This document shows, piece after piece, positions 9,200 to 20,249 of a DNA stretch of 64,000 bases. Below the pieces are notes generated by a model. It was given only the letters and a program-made list of their open reading frames with translations. It was not told where the DNA came from and ran no database searches. Origin of the DNA: Anolis carolinensis (Eukaryota); contig NC_085841.1 in assembly GCF_035594765.1 (NCBI RefSeq), forward strand, positions 160,565,574 to 160,629,573, read 5' to 3'. Position 1 is the first letter of the stretch, and each line of letters opens with the position of its first letter. Both the position numbers and the translations under genes were made by a program.

Positions 9200-12100
9200 A
9201 GAGGCTCGCCAACCCGGTCAAGAAACCCATTCAAGAGCCGCCAACCGGGGTCCTGTTCCTTCTAGTGGTCACCTTATGGTCAGCAAAAAGGGGACCCGTC
9301 ATGATCCACGCCATGATAGACTCAGGAGCTACCAACAATTTCATTGATAGAGAGTATGCCGACTCTCTGGGATTACAATATCATGACTTCAAGAATGCCC
9401 GTGTGGTGCAAGCCATCGATGGCCGTCCTCTCAAGACGGGCCCCGTAAGCCAGTGGTCGGAACCCACCAGGATGTGGATAAGGGAACATATGGAAGAGAT
9501 TTCCTTCTTTGTTACTGAGGTTCCCCATTTCCCTGTGATTTTGGGGATTCCATGGCTGACACTTCACGACCCAAGCATCTCCTGGTCCAACAGAGAACTG
9601 CAGTTTGCTTCAAAGTACTGCCAAAACCATTGCCTCGTAGCCAAGGTCTGCCATGCCACAGACACCGAGCCCATTATCACCTTGCCAAAGAAGTACTCCG
9701 AGTATTGGGATGTATTCAATGAAAAAGAAGCCGAAAAATTACCCCCACATAGGCCTTATGACTGTGCCATTGACTTGGTGGAGGGGGCCCCGATCCCGCG
9801 AGGGCATCTCTACTCCCTGACTGAACCAGAGCAAGAAGCTCTCAGGGAATTCATAGAGACAAACCTTCGCAAGGGATTCATCAGACCCTCTCAATCCCCA
9901 GCCGCCTCCCCAGTGATGTTTGTGAAGAAGAAGTCAGGGGAATTACGCTTGGTGGTGGACTACAGAGCATTGAACAATATCACTAAGCGGAACAGCTATC
10001 CCCTGCCCTTAATCTCGGATCTATTAGACCGACTTCGAGGAGCCAAGGTCTACACCAAGCTGGACCTACGGGGGGCTTATAATCTAGTTCGCATCAGAGA
10101 AGGGGACGAGTGGAAGACCGCCTTCCAGACTAAATTCGGATTATTCGAGTCCCGAGTTATGAATTATGGATTATGCGGAGCTCCCGCAACGTTCCAGCAT
10201 TTTGTCAATGACATTTTTCAGGACTATCTAGATAGGTTCTTGATAATCTACCTGGACGATTTTTTGGTGTTTTCTAGATCACAATCAGAACATGAGAACC
10301 ACGTCAAAATGGTGTTACAACGATTGCGGGATCATGGACTTTATGCCAAGCTGGAAAAATGCGCTTTTGATCTACAAGAGGTAGATTTCCTTGGATACCG
10401 TATCTCGCCTCTAGGGCTCTCCATGGATCCAGCCAAGGTTTCAGCAGTATTGGAATGGCGGGCGCCAACTAACAAGAAGGAGGTGCAGCGATTCTTGGGG
10501 TTCGCGAACTATTACCGCAAGTTCATTCCAGATTTTACCCGCTGGTCTGACCCAATCACTAGCTGCATCCGTGGAAAACAGCCCTTCCGCTGGACTGATC
10601 AAGCAGAGAAAGGGTTTCAGCAACTAAAGAAATTATTCACGTCCCAGCCAATCCTTCAGCATCCAGATCCTGAAACCCTTTTTGTGGTGCAAGCGGACGC
10701 CTCTGATGTGGCAATTGGGGCTGTGCTCCTACAACCGGTGGGAGATCACCTTCATCCTTGTGCCTATTATTCTCGTCAACTAACCGCACCAGAGAGGAAC
10801 TATACCATTTGGGAAAAGGAACTATTAGCCATAAAGGCAGCTTTTGAAACTTGGAGACATTGGCTAGAAGGGGCCAAATTTCCCATTGAAGTCCACACTG
10901 ATCATCGGAATCTAGAACATCTAAGAACTGCCCGCAAGCTAAATCAGAGGCAGCAACGTTGGGCTTTATTCTTTGAACGTTTCAACTTCCAGATTCATTA
11001 TGTGACCCCAGCCCAAACCAAGCAAGCAGACGCCCTGTCACGTAAACCGGAATACGCTGCAGGACGCAAGGAGACCTTTGAATCCCAACTACTACAACCC
11101 GAGAACTTTGCCACGCTCACAGTGGGGAACACCAAATCCACTCCCATTGATTCAACTCCCTCTACTCCAGGACCCATCTGTGCTCAAGAAATCAGGGCTA
11201 GTCAGCAAGCAGATGCCTGGGCGCAGGACCAACTTCGTCAAGGTCTGCATTTTCCCTTTTCGCTTAAGGATGGACTGCTTTGCTATAGAAATCATGTTTA
11301 TATCCCACCCGGACCGGGCAGGGAAAAAGCACTTCGTCTGTGTCATGACTGCAAACCAGCAGGGCATTTCGGACTATTTAAAACCATGCATCTGATCCTA
11401 AGAGATTTCTGGTGGCCCAAGATCCGCAAAGATGTGGAAAAATATGTCAACACCTGCCCAGTATGCCAGCGCTCCAAGATAAGAAGGGAGAAGCCCTCAG
11501 GGCTTCTACACCCCCTTCCTACCCCATCTCGCCCATGGGAAATAATTTCTGCGGATTTCATCACTGACCTACCACCTTCCTGTGGATTCACCACGATCCT
11601 AGTGGTGGTGGACCTTTTCACCAAGTTAGCCCATTTCATTCCCTGTGAAGGCCTCCCCACGGCCAAAGAGACTGCAGATCTATTCCTTCAACATGTTTTC
11701 AGACTACATGGATTGCCCAAGAGTTTGGTCACAGACCGTGGATCTCAATTCACCTCTCGTTTCTGGAAGGCACTACAAAAACTATTGGGCATAGACTCTC
11801 GTTTATCTTCAGCTCATCATCCCCAAACAGATGGGCAAACGGAGCGCACCAATGCCACTTTGGAACAGTATCTTCGCTGTTATGTAAACTACCAACAGGA
11901 CAATTGGGCTTCTCTGTTACCACTGTCAGAGTTTGCCTACAACAATGGAGTTCAAGCTTCTACAAAAGAAACGCCGTTCTTTGCAAACTACGGCTTCCAT
12001 CCACGTTTCTTTCCCCCTGTCATTGAAACTTCAGAAGTTCCCGCAGCAGAGGATTGGCTGCAGGAACTCACAGCGGTGCAACAACTTTTGCTCCAACAAC

Positions 12101-12939
12101 TAGACCAAGCCAAGGAGGACTATAAACGTCACGCGGACAAACATCGCCAACCGGGCCCCGAAATCAAGGTAGGAGATCGGGTTTTTCTGTCCACTCGCTT
12201 TTTGCCCTCCCATCGCCCTTGCCGGAAGTTAGATGCCCGTTTCATTGGTCCCTATCCAGTGGTGGCGCAATTAAACCCCGTGACTTTCAAACTCCAACTT
12301 CCGCGTTCAATGCGCATTCACCCAGTGTTTCACCGCTCCCTGCTCCTTCCGGCGGATGGTGTGCGTCCTGATACAGACCAACCGGCCCCCCCTCCTGTTT
12401 TGATGAATGGGGAGGAGGAGTTCGAGGTTGAGGACATTTTGGATTCTCGCTTTCACCGCCGCCGCCTACAATATCTCATTGACTGGGTGGGTTTTGGCCC
12501 TGAGGAACGCTCTTGGGAAGACGCCTCCACAGTCCATGCTCCTGATCTAACCCGTCGCTTTCATCAAACCTATCCCGCCAAGCCGCGACCTCGCGCCTCG
12601 GGGAGAGAGTCCCAGTTTGGGAGGGGCCTTGAGGAGGGGGATAGTGTGATGACTCATGGGCCTTGTAGTCCTGCTCATGACATTGTAATGCCTGATGAAG
12701 AAGAAAACTTGGGTTTTTTACCTTTCCAGTCAGAACTGGAATCTTCTCAGCCAGATCTTTCCCAGGCAGATCTGGGAACCTTGCACCTGCAAGAAAGTTG
12801 TGTCCCAGAAGTATGTCAAACAAACCCTGAGCCTACATCTCCCGTGTTCTCTCGCCATGAGTTTTGTAAACAACAGAGGGGTTTGGAAGCAGCTTCGCGC
12901 AGGAGTGCTAGAATAGCAGCTAAGAGTGTAGCCAATTAA
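9154..12939 (+). CDS. pol: Pol polyprotein (protease, RT, RNase H, integrase, chromodomain, LTR-encoded tail), in the -1 frame relative to gag
   Basis: The frame is open from 9154 (first GTG at 9265). Motifs: DSGA protease, YLDD RT, DAS..AIGAVL RNase H, HHCC and D,D,E integrase, GPY, and chromodomain FEVEDILDSR...YLIDWVGF....SWE. Confidence 0.96.
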   Translation, partial: GGWHTAGGGSQRPGVERLANPVKKPIQEPPTGVLFLLVVTLWSAKRGPVMIHAMIDSGATNNFIDREYADSLGLQYHDFKNARVVQAIDGRPLKTGPVSQWSEPTRMWIREHMEEISFFVTEVPHFPVILGIPWLTLHDPSISWSNRELQFASKYCQNHCLVAKVCHATDTEPIITLPKKYSEYWDVFNEKEAEKLPPHRPYDCAIDLVEGAPIPRGHLYSLTEPEQEALREFIETNLRKGFIRPSQSPAASPVMFVKKKSGELRLVVDYRALNNITKRNSYPLPLISDLLDRLRGAKVYTKLDLRGAYNLVRIREGDEWKTAFQTKFGLFESRVMNYGLCGAPATFQHFVNDIFQDYLDRFLIIYLDDFLVFSRSQSEHENHVKMVLQRLRDHGLYAKLEKCAFDLQEVDFLGYRISPLGLSMDPAKVSAVLEWRAPTNKKEVQRFLGFANYYRKFIPDFTRWSDPITSCIRGKQPFRWTDQAEKGFQQLKKLFTSQPILQHPDPETLFVVQADASDVAIGAVLLQPVGDHLHPCAYYSRQLTAPERNYTIWEKELLAIKAAFETWRHWLEGAKFPIEVHTDHRNLEHLRTARKLNQRQQRWALFFERFNFQIHYVTPAQTKQADALSRKPEYAAGRKETFESQLLQPENFATLTVGNTKSTPIDSTPSTPGPICAQEIRASQQADAWAQDQLRQGLHFPFSLKDGLLCYRNHVYIPPGPGREKALRLCHDCKPAGHFGLFKTMHLILRDFWWPKIRKDVEKYVNTCPVCQRSKIRREKPSGLLHPLPTPSRPWEIISADFITDLPPSCGFTTILVVVDLFTKLAHFIPCEGLPTAKETADLFLQHVFRLHGLPKSLVTDRGSQFTSRFWKALQKLLGIDSRLSSAHHPQTDGQTERTNATLEQYLRCYVNYQQDNWASLLPLSEFAYNNGVQASTKETPFFANYGFHPRFFPPVIETSEVPAAEDWLQELTAVQQLLLQQLDQAKEDYKRHADKHRQPGPEIKVGDRVFLSTRFLPSHRPCRKLDARFIGPYPVVAQLNPVTFKLQLPRSMRIHPVFHRSLLLPADGVRPDTDQPAPPPVLMNGEEEFEVEDILDSRFHRRRLQYLIDWVGFGPEERSWEDASTVHAPDLTRRFHQTYPAKPRPRASGRESQFGRGLEEGDSVMTHGPCSPAHDIVMPDEEENLGFLPFQSELESSQPDLSQADLGTLHLQESCVPEVCQTNPEPTSPVFSRHEFCKQQRGLEAASRRSARIAAKSVAN
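12631..12644 (+). promoter_or_regulatory. Polypurine tract
   Basis: GAGGAGGGGGATAG immediately 5' of the 3' LTR. Confidence 0.9.
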
Positions 12940-13618
12940 GCCTGCTTTTCGTGAGAATCTTTAAGGAGTCAAACATCTGGTCTCAGAGTTTAGCTTTCGT
13001 TTCTGGTTCCCAGAGAACTGCTTCGGCGGGAAAGTTAGACTCTATATAGGTGTTTTACCCGCGAAGTAACTTCGCGGAGTCAATTCGTCAGCCTCCGGAG
13101 CGAGTTGTGTCTGGACAGCGCGCTCCGTTTCAAGCCTCGTTCCTGCTCAAGCCTTGTCCTTGTTTCCAGCCTTCGCTCCTGTTTCCCAGCCTTTGTTTAC
13201 CTACGGACCTTGCCTTGATTCCCAGGACTAAACCTTGCCTTGTTTCACGGATTTTACCAAGTTATTCCACGGACCTTGTTCTTGTTCCTCGTTACCTTGT
13301 TCCACGATTCAAGCCTTGTTTCAAGTATCAAGTTATTTCCTAGCCTTGCTCAAGTTCATGGACTAAAGGACCTTGTCATCTCCCCTCACTTTGCCTGGCA
13401 AAGTGAGTGTTTCGGTTATTGGATTACAACTTTGGACCTTAATATTTCATATTGGACATTGTTTCCTTGGACTAATTTTGACCTTTCCTGAAAGGTCTGC
13501 TTCTGGACTAACTTTTACATTTGCTTTTATTAACTTTATATATTTCCTTAATAAAGATATTAGATAGAATCTGGTCTCTGCGTATGGTTATTGGTGCTCT
13601 GTAGCCTGGGTCGTGAGA
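12645..13618 (+). repeat. 3' LTR (TG...GA)
   Basis: Copy of the 5' LTR offset by 5449 nt. The only differences seen are at 13581 (C vs T) and 13617 (G vs C). Confidence 0.97.
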
Positions 13619-16600
13619 ACACCCCAGTGCAAACATCAATTGATGTGCTCATATTCACAAAATATTCCCTGAATGTATTGGCAAGGTGCAGTCTTTCCTC
13701 AAGCAAAGGCACTGATCTCTGTAGTACTCTCACAGCTTAATTGTGGTGACTGGTTCTGTGAGGATGACCAAGGTATTATAGGCAGTGAAACAATATGATA
13801 CATCTGGTTGCACTCCATTTAGGGTGGGTGCTTACTGAGAGTAAAGATTAATGATCATTTTATTAGAAAGGCCTCTTTGTTTTTCCCAGCTGGCCTTTAT
13901 GTAATCTGATAATGCCATGAAAATTGATAGTAAGAGCATATTTAATAAAACCTCCCTATGTTCCCCATTTTTGTTGTACTCATGTAGCCACATAAACTGA
14001 GCTTTTGTTTGGTTAGAACTGATGTTCAGCCTTGGATAATCCAGGCATCTCTATATAGTTTCATTTAGCACCTCGATTCTCAGTTTGTAGGGTTAGATGG
14101 AAGATGCGGTTTAATTGGAGCTAGTTATCTATTTTGCTTTATTTCTTGGCCACAGATGGTGGCCGAAGGATGTATGGCACCCAATCCTTTTCTGAATTGC
14201 TCTCAAAATTATATGGGCTGACAGCATTTATCTAAGTCCTGAAGTCAGTCTAAGAAGGTTTCCATGGTGATTAATGATGTCAGAGAAGAGTCGCATCTCT
14301 GCTGTTTGCTGAAAAGCAAGCTTAGGTAATGTTAAACGGCAGATGTAATGCCTTTGCTCCAGAGGAGAGGAAAACAGCTTCCCTGTAATAGTAAACACTA
14401 AGTGTTGTGAAACACATTCTCTAACTATGCCAGAATTGTAGATCTACCCTGATAGTGTACAGTCATGAGAGGAACACACATTATTGTGCTGCTGAATTAC
14501 TGGCATCTTCTTTGCATTGTGCATTAACTCTTCCATTTGGTGTGACTCCTTGACTACTTTTCAGCGGCACATGCTGGTTTGTCTTTACTTTTGTGACAGA
14601 GCCTGCCAGCTCCCATCTCTCGACATAGAGCTCTTTCCAGCAGGGTTCCATCACAAAAGCAAAGATGACTCGACATATGCTGTCATGGCAGCAACATGGG
14701 AGGCTTTCCATCATGTATTTGATCAATGGAGGGAAGCCGGGCAGCTGACGCTTCTGTCCGTGGGATGGGTCAGTGTGGGTGAAGCTGGGTGAGGCGGTGC
14801 ATGGGGCAAGAGGTTCCCCACTCCCCCAGACAGGAACCACCAGATTTGCCTCAATACGTGGCTATTCTGGTGACTCATATGATGTCACAAGACTACATTT
14901 ATTAACTTGCATTGCACTGAGCTGTGACAGTTAAATTGATGTCATGTTGCATTCATTCTACAGTGTAGTTGTACATTAAGTTGGGTTCTGCTGCAGTTGT
15001 CTAGTGCTGGAAATATTTTATTTCATTCACATTGTATATATACACTCTCTTTTACACACAAACACACATGCATGCAGGAATTTGATGGTTGGAATGGTTA
15101 TGACAGGGTGCATAATACAAAATCTATGGACTTCAAGCCATCCCCAGTAATGTTTTTGAGGCTCCCAAGCCACCCACTTCTGTTTTCAATCAAAGTTATA
15201 AAAGTCTGGAGAATGAATGCATAGGCCAGTAATTGTTATGTAATTTGTTACAATTTTGGTAAATAGGAGATGGAAAATGTTGCATCTTCTTGCCAGAAAA
15301 TGGTGTTCACTGTATCACTGAAAAGTGAATGTCATAGATTCACTTGACAATGAAGTCATAAATTATAGCCCTTTGTGGTATCCCCCACTGAGATGAGGCT
15401 TGAAGGCTAATTTAAAGGAAGTTGAGTTTTGGGGTTCCATGTTGAAACCACTGCTGGCATGGTGCATTTGCACCTGCCTAGGAGACAGTAAACCCTTGAT
15501 ACTTTTAAGAAGTTGCCAAGGATAAACTTGATGACAAATCCACATGAACCCATGTCTGGCTGCCTTCCTGTTATAAGAAAGCACTTAAATAGAAAGATTT
15601 TAATAAAACCCCTATCTTTGCTTCTTTAAATTTATCATTTGTGCCTAAAGAATGTGTCCCTTTTCAGTGTTTCATCGTTGTCTCATATATTGCAAAACAC
15701 AGTTATGGGCCATTACACTTATGGGTAAGAGAATAGAAACAATATTTTCAGAGTCCTGATGGGGTAAGTGAAACAAATATGTGTTATTGGTTTTTTTTTA
15801 ATGGCTTACGACACAGCACATATGACAAAGAAATAGAAATGGACTGTTATATGACTATTGACTTGGTTCAGTGCCTGAATAATGCCAAGAGATTTTTGAC
15901 CTTTTGTATAAGGGGGGAAATTGGGTGCAGTCATATTGCATTGTAGAATATTGAGTACATGACCCAGAGGAATTTAGTAGAAGTAAACCTTATGTTTTCA
16001 TAAATCGGATTTTCTGTATGATGACTGAACCATTTGACTGAAGTCAAAGAAAGTGTCTTTATTTAAAAAGGCAAGCCAGGTTATATAAGAAAAAACAATA
16101 TTTGTAAAAGGGGATAAGTTGGAAAATTATCGCTTTGACAAAAGGCAGCTGGAGAAGAAAAAAAAATCTAACAGAGATAGGTTCATTCAAACTATAGGTC
16201 ATTGGAGAATATCTATGTTATAACGAATATGTATTAGAAATTACCCTTCCCTTCTCTGCAAAAAATAAATTGGGAAAGGCAGCGCAGGATTTGCCTCTAT
16301 GGAGCTACATTTTATGACCTAGTTTCCTTTCTCTGTACTCTGTTTCTTTCATCTCCGAGATACCTGAAACTTACTGTAGTTTAAAGGGTATGCCATTCAA
16401 TGTGTGCATCTACACTGTATAATTAATACAGTTTGACTCCACTTTAACTGCCATGGCTCAGTGCTATAGAATCCTGTAGTCTGCATTTTGATGAGGTACC
16501 AGCACTCTTTGTCAGAGAAGACTAAAGACCTTATAAAACTACAACTCCTCTGATTCCTAGCATTGAACAATGGCAGTTAGTCTGTTGTTAAACTACATTA

Positions 16601-16837
16601 ATTCTAATGTAGACTTCGGTCTGTACTTCTGCCTTCTTCTGTCATGCTTTAGTGCCATGTTACTATTTGGCTTAGTATAGGGACTGGAGTGGAATATCTT
16701 CACATACATTGTACTTGAAGAAAATTTACCCAAATGCAGAGGAAAGTACATGTGCACAGAGTAGCAGAATCTACAATGATATTCTATAAGTTATTGCTGT
16801 GGGGTGATGCATCTCAGGATGAAGCAGAACTGTAATT

Positions 16838-18400
16838 TGTTTATTAATTTACTGTATTTTTACCTCTATCTCAACCTCAAAGGGGACTCAGAGTGGCTTC
16901 CAATTTGGCAATAATTCAATGCCGCATTAAGACATAAAAACATACAAAATACATTGTGCATTAACATCATAAATGGTAACATATAAATCATTTAAGTAAG
17001 TAGTTAAAACATAGCACATAGTTCGCAATCATAGTCCAAAAGCTGTTCCAATCACATTAACCTCGTAGCTGCATGTTGCTGTAACTACTGTCCAAATTCT
17101 TGGTTCGATTGCCAAGTTTTGACTTTCTTTCTAAAAGACAGGAGGGAGGAAATCAATCTAAGGTTGCTAGGAAGGGAGTTCCACAGCTGAGAGGACACCA
17201 CTGAGAAGGCCCTGTCCCTCGTTCTCATCAGCCACACCTGCGAAGGGGGTGGAACCGAGAGCAGGGCTTTCCCAGAACGTTTTAACATCTGGGCTGGTTT
17301 GTAAGGGGAGATACATTGGGATAGGTAAGCTGGGACAGAACTGTTTGGGGTTTTATAGGCTAAAACCAGCACTTTGAATTGTGTTCAGTAGCAAATTGGC
17401 AGCCAGTGGAGCTGATGCAGCAGGGGAGTTGTATGTTCCCTGTATGCCGCTCTGGTGAGCAATCTGTCTGCTGCCTGTTGTACTACTTGGAGCTTCCAAA
17501 CAGTCTTCAAAGGCAATGCCACGTAGAGCATGTTGCAATAGTTTATTCGATATGTAACATGAGCGTGGACAACCATGGTTCTCAAGGTATGGGTGCAGCT
17601 GGCACACAAGTTTTAATGTGCAAATGCTTCTCTGGCCAGCACTGAAACCTGGGTTTCCAGGCTGAGTGATTAATCCAAGAGGACTCCCAAGCTGTGAACC
17701 TGTGATTTCAGGAGGAATGTAACCCCATCTAGCACAGGCTGTAACCCTATACTCTGTTCGTCCTTTTGACCAACCAGAAGTACCTCTGTCTTGTCTGGAT
17801 TCAATTTCAATTTGTTTGCCCTCATCCAGATCATCACACCTGCCAGGCACCGGTTCAGGACCTGGAAGCCTCCTTAGCAGTAGGTGGAAGAGAGTGATAG
17901 AACTGGACGTCATCTGCTTACAGATGGCATTAAACTCCAAAACTCTGAATGATCTCTCCTAGTGGCTTCATGTAGATGTTAAACAACATGGGGGACAATA
18001 CTGAGCCCTGCGGGACCCCACAGGACAAGGGCCTTGGGACCGAACAGGTGTCCCCCAGCAACACCTTCTGGGAGCAACCATCCAGGAAGGGCTGTAGGAC
18101 AGTCATTCCACATCCCATTCCCTCGAGGCACTCCAGAAGGATACCATGGTCTATAGTATCAAAGGCCACTGGTAGGTCCAAGAGAATCAACAGGGACACA
18201 CTCCCTCTGTCAATTTCCCTGCATAGATTATCCACTAAAGAGGCCAAGGGTATCTCGGTTCCATGAACCAGTCTGAAATCAGACTGTGACAGATCTAGAT
18301 AATCTGTTTCTTCCAAGAACACTTGAAGTTGCAAGATGACCACACGTTCTAAGACTTTTCCCAAAAAGGGGAGATTGGAAACTGTTCGAAAGTAACCACT
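16838..18400 (-). mobile_element. 5'-truncated, decayed L2-clade LINE (RT region and 3' end)
   Basis: Minus-strand ORFs contain LDL..AFDTIDH, GVPQGSVLSPMLFNIYM, RINYCN.LY..LP, LHWLPI and RAFSVV...LWNSLP, with frameshifts. The L2 3' terminus is near 16840-16900. Confidence 0.9.
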
Positions 18401-18949
18401 GTTCTAAACCAACCACCACCATTGCACATCAATTAGGGTATCAGAGAGCAGTAGTGGCTTTTACTTGTCTTCATACTATCACTATCCCCTGCCCCCAGCT
18501 TCCAATTTGAGTGAATTGTGTTGCCAAGTTCTTGTGTTGCCAATGGATGATATGCAGCAAACTCTTGGGATTCAGCTCTGTTTTTTTTTGGGGGGGGGGA
18601 GGTGTGGCACATAACACAAGGAGATCTTGGATCTGGTGGATGCCCAAATTCTCTTGTTTTTGCCCCACATTGGGCAGAGTTCACTTGTTGGAAGAAATGG
18701 CTGTTTCCCTCCAAAAATGATCTCCTTGGGAAATCTGCTACATCAGTGGAGAATAAGATCTTTCATATCAAGCAACCCTTTATCCATCCTACTAGGAAGC
18801 ATAGCATCACTTCCCAAACATTCCTCAGTGGTACAGTGAAACAGGACAAAACTCATGCTTTGAGTTGCTTTACTTTGAGTAGCAGGGAAAAATGACAAAC
18901 ATATATTAAGATTTTTTTATCATTTTGCTTCTTTCCTTTCTTCCTTCCT

Positions 18950-19012
<63 letters not shown>

Positions 19013-19400
19013 TTATTTTTGTATGCTGCCTCCATCTCCCCAGCAGGAGACTCGGGGTGGCTCACACGGGGAACAAGCCCAATATAATCACATAAAATCA
19101 TAAAATAACAATTTAGACATCAGACAACACAATTTAAAAACAATTTAAACAAGTCATAGTTAAAATCAACATAGTTAAAATGTTAAACAATCATCCAGAC
19201 ATTATAGGATAACATCTGGTTGATAATCAAAACTGATTTAGGGAGTGTCTATTACAAATAGGACATACATCAAATAGATATATCAGGTAGGGAAGATAAA
19301 TTTGAATGGGAATCAAAATAAAAAGTAAGCAGGGCAAGTTTCAGTGTAGATATGGACTAGGTTATAACGGACTTGTCTACTCAAAAGCACAACAGAACAG
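18950..19400 (-). mobile_element. L2 3'UTR fragment with (TTA)n tail
   Basis: (TAA)n at 18950-19012 is followed by the same terminal motif as 5410-5480. Confidence 0.7.
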
Positions 19401-19942
19401 CCACCCCCTTTTTTGGCATGTGAAAAATTCAATTGCAGATTAGAATCAATTGCAGCTCAACAACATTATAAAATGCAGTGTTCCGAAAGGATAGCCCCAA
19501 TTTGAAATCTCTGTATCTCTGCAACCACAAAAAACCTCTGAATGAAATTTGTACCACTTGAAAAAGTAGGCCATAAAATATGCTTCTCCCACCACACAAA
19601 CATTTGCAAGATGACAATCCTACAATATAAGGCACAATGAGATACTTCTCCCTTTGCAGTTATTTTTAAAGATTTGTTTCTACCTCAAAATGAGTAGCAA
19701 AACGTGAGAACTTGATAACTCATTAAACCATTAGGAACTTTTTGTATAATTGTAACATGTTGCTATAGTGAAATATAATGCTTTGAAACTGGGCCCACCA
19801 TTTTAAAATATCCAATATATACCTTCTCCAAAACCTAAATACAGAGTTTTTGCTCTTGTGTAGGGAGAATTGCTGCACTTCAACAATAACCTGCCAAAAA
19901 TTTTCCCTCCATAATATGGTTGGATGAAGAATTATATTAGTA

Positions 19943-20249
19943 CAGTAGAGTCTCACTTATCCAGCATAAACGGGCTGGCAGAATGTTGGATAAGCGAATA
20001 TGCTGGATAATAAGGAGAGATTAAAGAGAAGCCTATTAAAACCAAATTAGGTTATGATTTTACAAATTAAGCACCAAAACATCATGTTATACAACAAATT
20101 TGACAGAAAAAGTAGTTCAATATGCAGTAATGCTATGTAGTAATTACTGTATTTACGAATTTACCATCAAAATATCACAATGTTTTGAAAACATTGACTA
20201 CAAAAATGCATTGGATAATCCAGAATGTTGGATAAGTGAGACTCTACTG
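19943..20249 (+). mobile_element. Tc1/mariner-type MITE, family A
   Basis: CAGTAGAGTCTCACTTATCC TIRs; TA TSD. Confidence 0.92.

Larger units (their letters stand above)
7196..13618 (+). mobile_element. Full-length Ty3/Gypsy chromovirus LTR retrotransposon (Tf1/sushi group, PEG10-related)
   Basis: Two 974-bp near-identical LTRs; 5-bp TSD ACACC (7191-7195 / 13619-13623); gag plus PR-RT-RH-IN-chromodomain pol; PPT at 12631-12644. Confidence 0.98.

Noticed and set aside
8552-9347. Several overlapping antisense or alternate-frame ORFs across the gag 3' end
   Set aside because: Expected in GC-rich coding sequence with few stop codons; no recognisable motifs.
12583-12939. env gene in the LTR element
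   Set aside because: There is no separate ORF, signal peptide or transmembrane segment between integrase and the LTR.
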